NCBI RefSeq assembly: GCF_009914755.1
Contig: NC_060930.1
Strand: one strand, 5' to 3'
DNA length: 64,000 nt
Source of the DNA: the human T2T-CHM13v2.0 reference genome, Homo sapiens
Part shown: positions 58,360 through 64,000 of the stretch, one piece after another
How the letters are laid out: each line of letters starts with the position of its first letter
How positions within the stretch are numbered: position 1 is the first letter of the stretch
The notes under the pieces: model-generated
Database searches by the model: none
Seen by the model: only the letters and a program-made list of their open reading frames with translations
What the model was told of the DNA's origin: nothing
Program-made: the position numbers and the translations under genes

Positions 58360-59484
58360 CTAAAAAACAAGACAAATATTAAAAACTAATAAAAAGAATA
58401 ATTTTTCTTGACATATTTGTGTTAGTAACAATATTATGTCAATTCAAAAAAATGTTAAAAGTGTAGTACCGAGTGCCCACTAAGTACAGGGCTGTGTATT
58501 AAGAGCTTGATATATGCAATTTCATCCACACTTCTAAACTACAGCTCAGTACCTGGATACACTGTTTCCCTCTAAGACACTTCTCTAGATATTAAAGTTT
58601 TCTTTCCATTGTGAGTGGGCCATATGGAAGCAGCATTCAAATTTGGTTGTTTTTTCTTATGACTAATATCTACAATGTCATTAAACATGAATTGCCTTAT
58701 CTCCCCAGCCAGATTCTGAACTGCCACTGAACAAGACCATGTTATACACACCTTGGTATCTCCCTCAGCACCTAGCTTGGTGTTTTGTACATGCCAAGTG
58801 CTAAAAACCGTTAGTTGCTGAGGATGGATTGACAACTTCAGCTGCTGTTTGTAGATTCACAGGCACCCGTCACCTGTGTCCCCACAGCGGGAGTGGGGGA
58901 CAAGTTCTCTTTTGTGAATCTCTGTATCACACTGCAGCTCTTGGGGGCATTGTGTCATGTACTATACTATGGCAGAGCGGGGCTGAAGAGTAAAGGAGTG
59001 ACAATCTGTTTTAAACACATAAAAGGACAGCATTTGCTACCCTTTGAATTTGGTGATTTTCTAATATTCATTCTGTATCACTAAGACAATTAGACTTATG
59101 TTCTCCTTCCTGTCTTCTTATAGTCCTTAGAACATTCACTATTACAGCATTTGCAGAAACTACTAGTTTAAGTACCTGTTTCCTCCACTGGCATGAGAGC
59201 TCCCTGATGCCCAAAACTATAACCTGCTTATCTTCATAATCCTAGAGCCTAGTACAAAATGCTTAATAAATGTTGAAAGAATGAGTCAATTTAACATTTT
59301 TATCTTACATGATAGTTCCTTTTACATTTGAAAATAATGTAACACAACATGAGCTTTTGGTTTTATGTTTTTCTTTTATGGAAATTTAGATCTGATTTTA
59401 GGAGTCTCTTATTATACTATGATATATGATGACTGCAGGATGAGACTCTTAAAAGTGTTTCAACACAAAACGAGATAGTATTTG

Positions 59485-59847
59485 TGATATGGTTTAGTTC
59501 TGTGTCCCCACCCAAATCTCATCTTGAATTGTAATCCCCACGTGTCAAGGGAGGGACCTGTTGGGAGACGATTGGATCATGGGGGCAGTTTCCCCTATGC
59601 TGTTCTCATGATAGTGAGTTCTTACAAGATCTGATGGTTTAAAAGTGTGTGGCTTCCTTTGAGTTCTTTTCTCTCTCTCTCGCTGCCATGTAAGACGTGC
59701 CTTCCTTCCCCTTCACCTTCCACCATGATTCTAAGTTTCCCGAGGCCTCCCCAGTCATGCGGAACTGTGAGTCAATTAAACCTCCTTTCTTTACAAATTA
59801 GCCTGCCTCATGTAGTTCTTTACAACAGTGTAAAAACAGACCATACA
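59485..59847 (+). mobile_element. THE1D/MSTA-type MaLR solo LTR
   Basis: TGATATGGTTTAG...ATACA; perfect 5-bp TSD ATTTG. Confidence 0.85.
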
Positions 59848-60316
59848 ATTTGCAACCATTAGGCTGGCAAAAAATAAAATTCTGACAACATCAAATATTG
59901 CTGCATTGAGGAAATAGGTATTTTCATAAGCTGCATATGGTGGGAGAATAAACGCATACAGACATTCTGAAGGAAAACTTGACAGCATCTATAAAAGGGA
60001 ATATGCCTACACTGCCTGACCCACTGTGAAGCATCTACTCTAGAAACACATTCCCAAAAAGGACCCTGTGAAGGATGTTCATGGCAGTGTTATTCATAAT
60101 ACTGCAAATGGGAATCAAGTTAAATGCCCGTAAGTATGAAAGTAAGTAAAGTGTGACTGTTTTATATGATGGAATATACTACATAACATTTTTAAAAACA
60201 ATAAACCCCCAACACCCACATCTATGTGTAAATAATGCTCAAATTAAAAAACATTAAGTGAAAAAAAAGCCATGTTCAGAACTGTGCATATAATGTAAAA
60301 CCTTATGTCAAATAGT

Positions 60317-60348
<32 letters not shown>

Positions 60349-61429
60349 TGCACGCATGTGTGTGTGTGTGTGTGAGAGAGAGAGATCTACAAATGCTAAA
60401 GTGTAAAAAATGGATTGGAAAAAATATACCAAATTTATGTAACTTTATTTCTCTATTGCTAACTTCTACCATCTAGCATAGATGTTTGGTAACTTCCACC
60501 AAACAAGTTGGTGGAATATGTGGATTTTTTAAAATGGGTGTAATCAGAAGAAACTTTTCTAAACACCCAGGTCTGTTGTGAAGAGTACCTTAAGATCTGT
60601 ATGCAAATACGTGTATATTCAGAGAAGAATAAGGTATAATCAAAATTATTATCTGCTTCACAAATTGCTTTTATGTTATAGTCAAGTATGATAGTCTTGT
60701 GCTCACGAAGAAAATACCTGACCACTCTGGTGCATGATCTTTCATACACATTAATATTTATTTCTCATATGTTTTCTCAAAGGACCTTCCTTATTCCACG
60801 TATGTTCCCAAGCCCCTTGCTAAAAGGTAGGCCTTAAATCTGGAGCCAAGGCCTATATCAGAGAAGACCCAGAATTAAATCCAGCCTGTGCCCAGGCTTA
60901 TTAGGATTGCTTGTGGTCCTCAGCCAGACCTAAGTGCCATTTGAAGGCATTCTAAAAGCAATACATTCTTGGCACAAGCAGCTGATTGGAGCAATCCTGT
61001 TTGATCTTCCACACTGGTTAACCAGCCCCCAGGAAGGGAGTGGGGTGAGGGTGGGGACAAGAGACTTCAAGAGTTGGCTAAGTCAAGCATCCTGACCATA
61101 ATTCATGATTTCAATTCATATTTAGTAACTTGAAAAAAAGCCCAACAGCTTGAGTTGATGAAAGGACTCAATTGCAGAGAAGTACTGTGGTCAAAGAGAT
61201 TTTATTATGGCTTCTGAGAGCCTAAAGTTAATACCTAGTATATCTATTCCTGTATCAGGTAGTAAAATGTGGTACTTCTGGTTTCTGCTCCTGATGCTGA
61301 ATACGCTGGAATTAGGAGGAATTATTTTCCTAGGTTCTTTCAAGAGTAAATCACAATGTGTCTTTTTCCTTGGTAGGAATGGCCTTTTAAACTAAAGATT
61401 GTTAGTTGGAAAAACAAGGATGACTGCTA

Positions 61430-61762
<333 letters not shown>

Positions 61763-61774
61763 TTAACCTATTAA

Positions 61775-61996
<222 letters not shown>

Positions 61997-62343
61997 TAGC
62001 TGGGATTACAGGTATGCAACACCAAGCCCGGCCAATTTTTTCTATCTTTAGTAGAGACGAGGTTTCACCATATTGGCCAGGCTGGTCTCGAACTCCTGAC
62101 CTCGTGATCCACCCGCCTTGGCCTCCCAAAGTGCTGGGATTACATGTTCTATATTATTGAATCCTCACAATACCCAGGTAGAGTAGGTATGAATTATGAC
62201 TGATAAGCTGACTGGGGCTTGAAATGGTTAAGTCACTTGCCCAAGATCTCATTATCAGTGAATGGCAGGGTTTGGGTCAGCTTATAGTGACTCCCTACTG
62301 TCAAGGCTGATTCCATTCATCATCAGTAATTCATGCTGCATGA

Positions 62344-62622
<279 letters not shown>

Positions 62623-64000
62623 TGATGGCCAGGCTGGTCTCGAACTCCTGACCCTAGGTGATCTGCCTGCCTTGGCCTCCCAAAGTGCTGGGATTACGTG
62701 TGAGCCACTGTGCCTGGCTGGCACAATTTTTTTTTCATGTTCACCTTTACTGCCAGATTGTGAAAACAGTAATTGCTGCATCTTAGTAGAATGCCTGGCA
62801 CACAATAGGCATCTGTATTCACTGAATTATTCCTGTGTTGATACTGCTGTTTTCAGAAAAATGTATTTTTAATTGGGAGCCTCTTCCCTCATCAGTGACA
62901 ATAAGTTATCAGAAGACTGTTGTACTCCAGCCTGGGTGACAGAGTGAGACTCTGTCTCAAAAAAAAAAAAAAATTATTCTTTGAACTTAAAAATAAATGT
63001 TTAATTGTATTAGTTTACACTTTGGTCAAAGTATGACTGTTTTTGAAATTCTAATGAATCCCATAAGACTACAGTAGGCCTTTGTTAAATAAGCCAATGG
63101 GGTATGAATAAATGCGTCAACACACTATGCAGGTACTAATTAGGTAATTTTGATAAAAATTACAAATCACTTTTTTACTAATACCCACCGTATCCTCCTG
63201 GACATTACAACAAAATATATGTGACAAAAAAATAAAAACTAGTCTCTCTGATTTCCACTAAATATATACATGTGATTTCAAATATAGTCAACTTCTTTTA
63301 GTTACAGTTATTTTTGGCAGATAAAATAGAATTCAAATTTATCATATTTAGTAAAGTTTTATTCATAATTGGAAAAGAAAAAATCTGAGAAAAACAACAT
63401 AAAAAATTGAAAATGATTATACTACGTTTCTGAAAAAATTTTTCATTCTCCATGTATTTTTACAAATTTACACAAGATTGGAGTCTAGAGAGACTGGAAT
63501 ACATTTTATTACTATGGCTTTGTGTCTCAAAGACAATGCATTCTGTTTTAAGACAAGAAATAATGAACATTTTCCCATCTCTACAAATATACATCAACAT
63601 TAGCATTTTTAACAGGAGCTCAGCTTTCCATTGTATGATGCAATCAGTTCCCTACTATGGATATTTAGATTATTTCCTTTTATTTTTCTGCAATGTTTAT
63701 TCTTACATGTTTACCTCTGTGCAGTTTCCTATTGACTTTACTAGGCAAAACTTCAAAAAATCAAATCTCCAAGTTCTCTAAAAATGCATTGGTCTCTACT
63801 TACAACACTCTCAACAACAATCCCTGTGATCATTCTTCTTAGTTCTGACTGAGTCAGTAGGAAAGAAAAGCCTCTTGTTTGGATAATTTTTCTTCTATTT
63901 ATTGTTCATTTGTATTAACACTTTAGTAAGTTGACTATTTAAGTCCTTGCGCTAGCCATTGCTTTTCTTCTCATTAATTTTAAAATCCTCATTACATATT

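Overview
Primate (human-like) genomic DNA lying wholly inside one minus-strand gene, the kinesin-3 motor KIF13A. I traced 18 coding exons (58359 down to 1484; 2570 nt in total). All have GT-AG ends and phases that splice into one open frame. They encode most of the motor domain (P-loop GQTGSGKS, switch I SSRSH, switch II DLAGSE), neck linker and neck coil, CC1, the FHA domain and the following stalk. They are probably exons 5-22; that numbering comes from my memory of the protein, and both ends of the gene lie outside the window. Introns are packed with about 50 Alus, two HERV-K-class solo LTRs (MER11, LTR13), MaLR LTRs, MER1A and Charlie DNA transposons, and L1/L2/MIR relics. Nearly all other ORFs in the track are Alu or repeat noise. 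I found no novel gene system. The most unusual structure is a 290-bp locally templated insertion (inverted segment plus direct segment, twin-priming geometry) that splits an Alu at 31.46-31.75 kb. There are also sense-oriented LTRs placed where intronic polyadenylation would yield truncated motors. Repeat family names are from recognition of consensus ends, not a database search, and repeat coordinates without TSDs are approximate.
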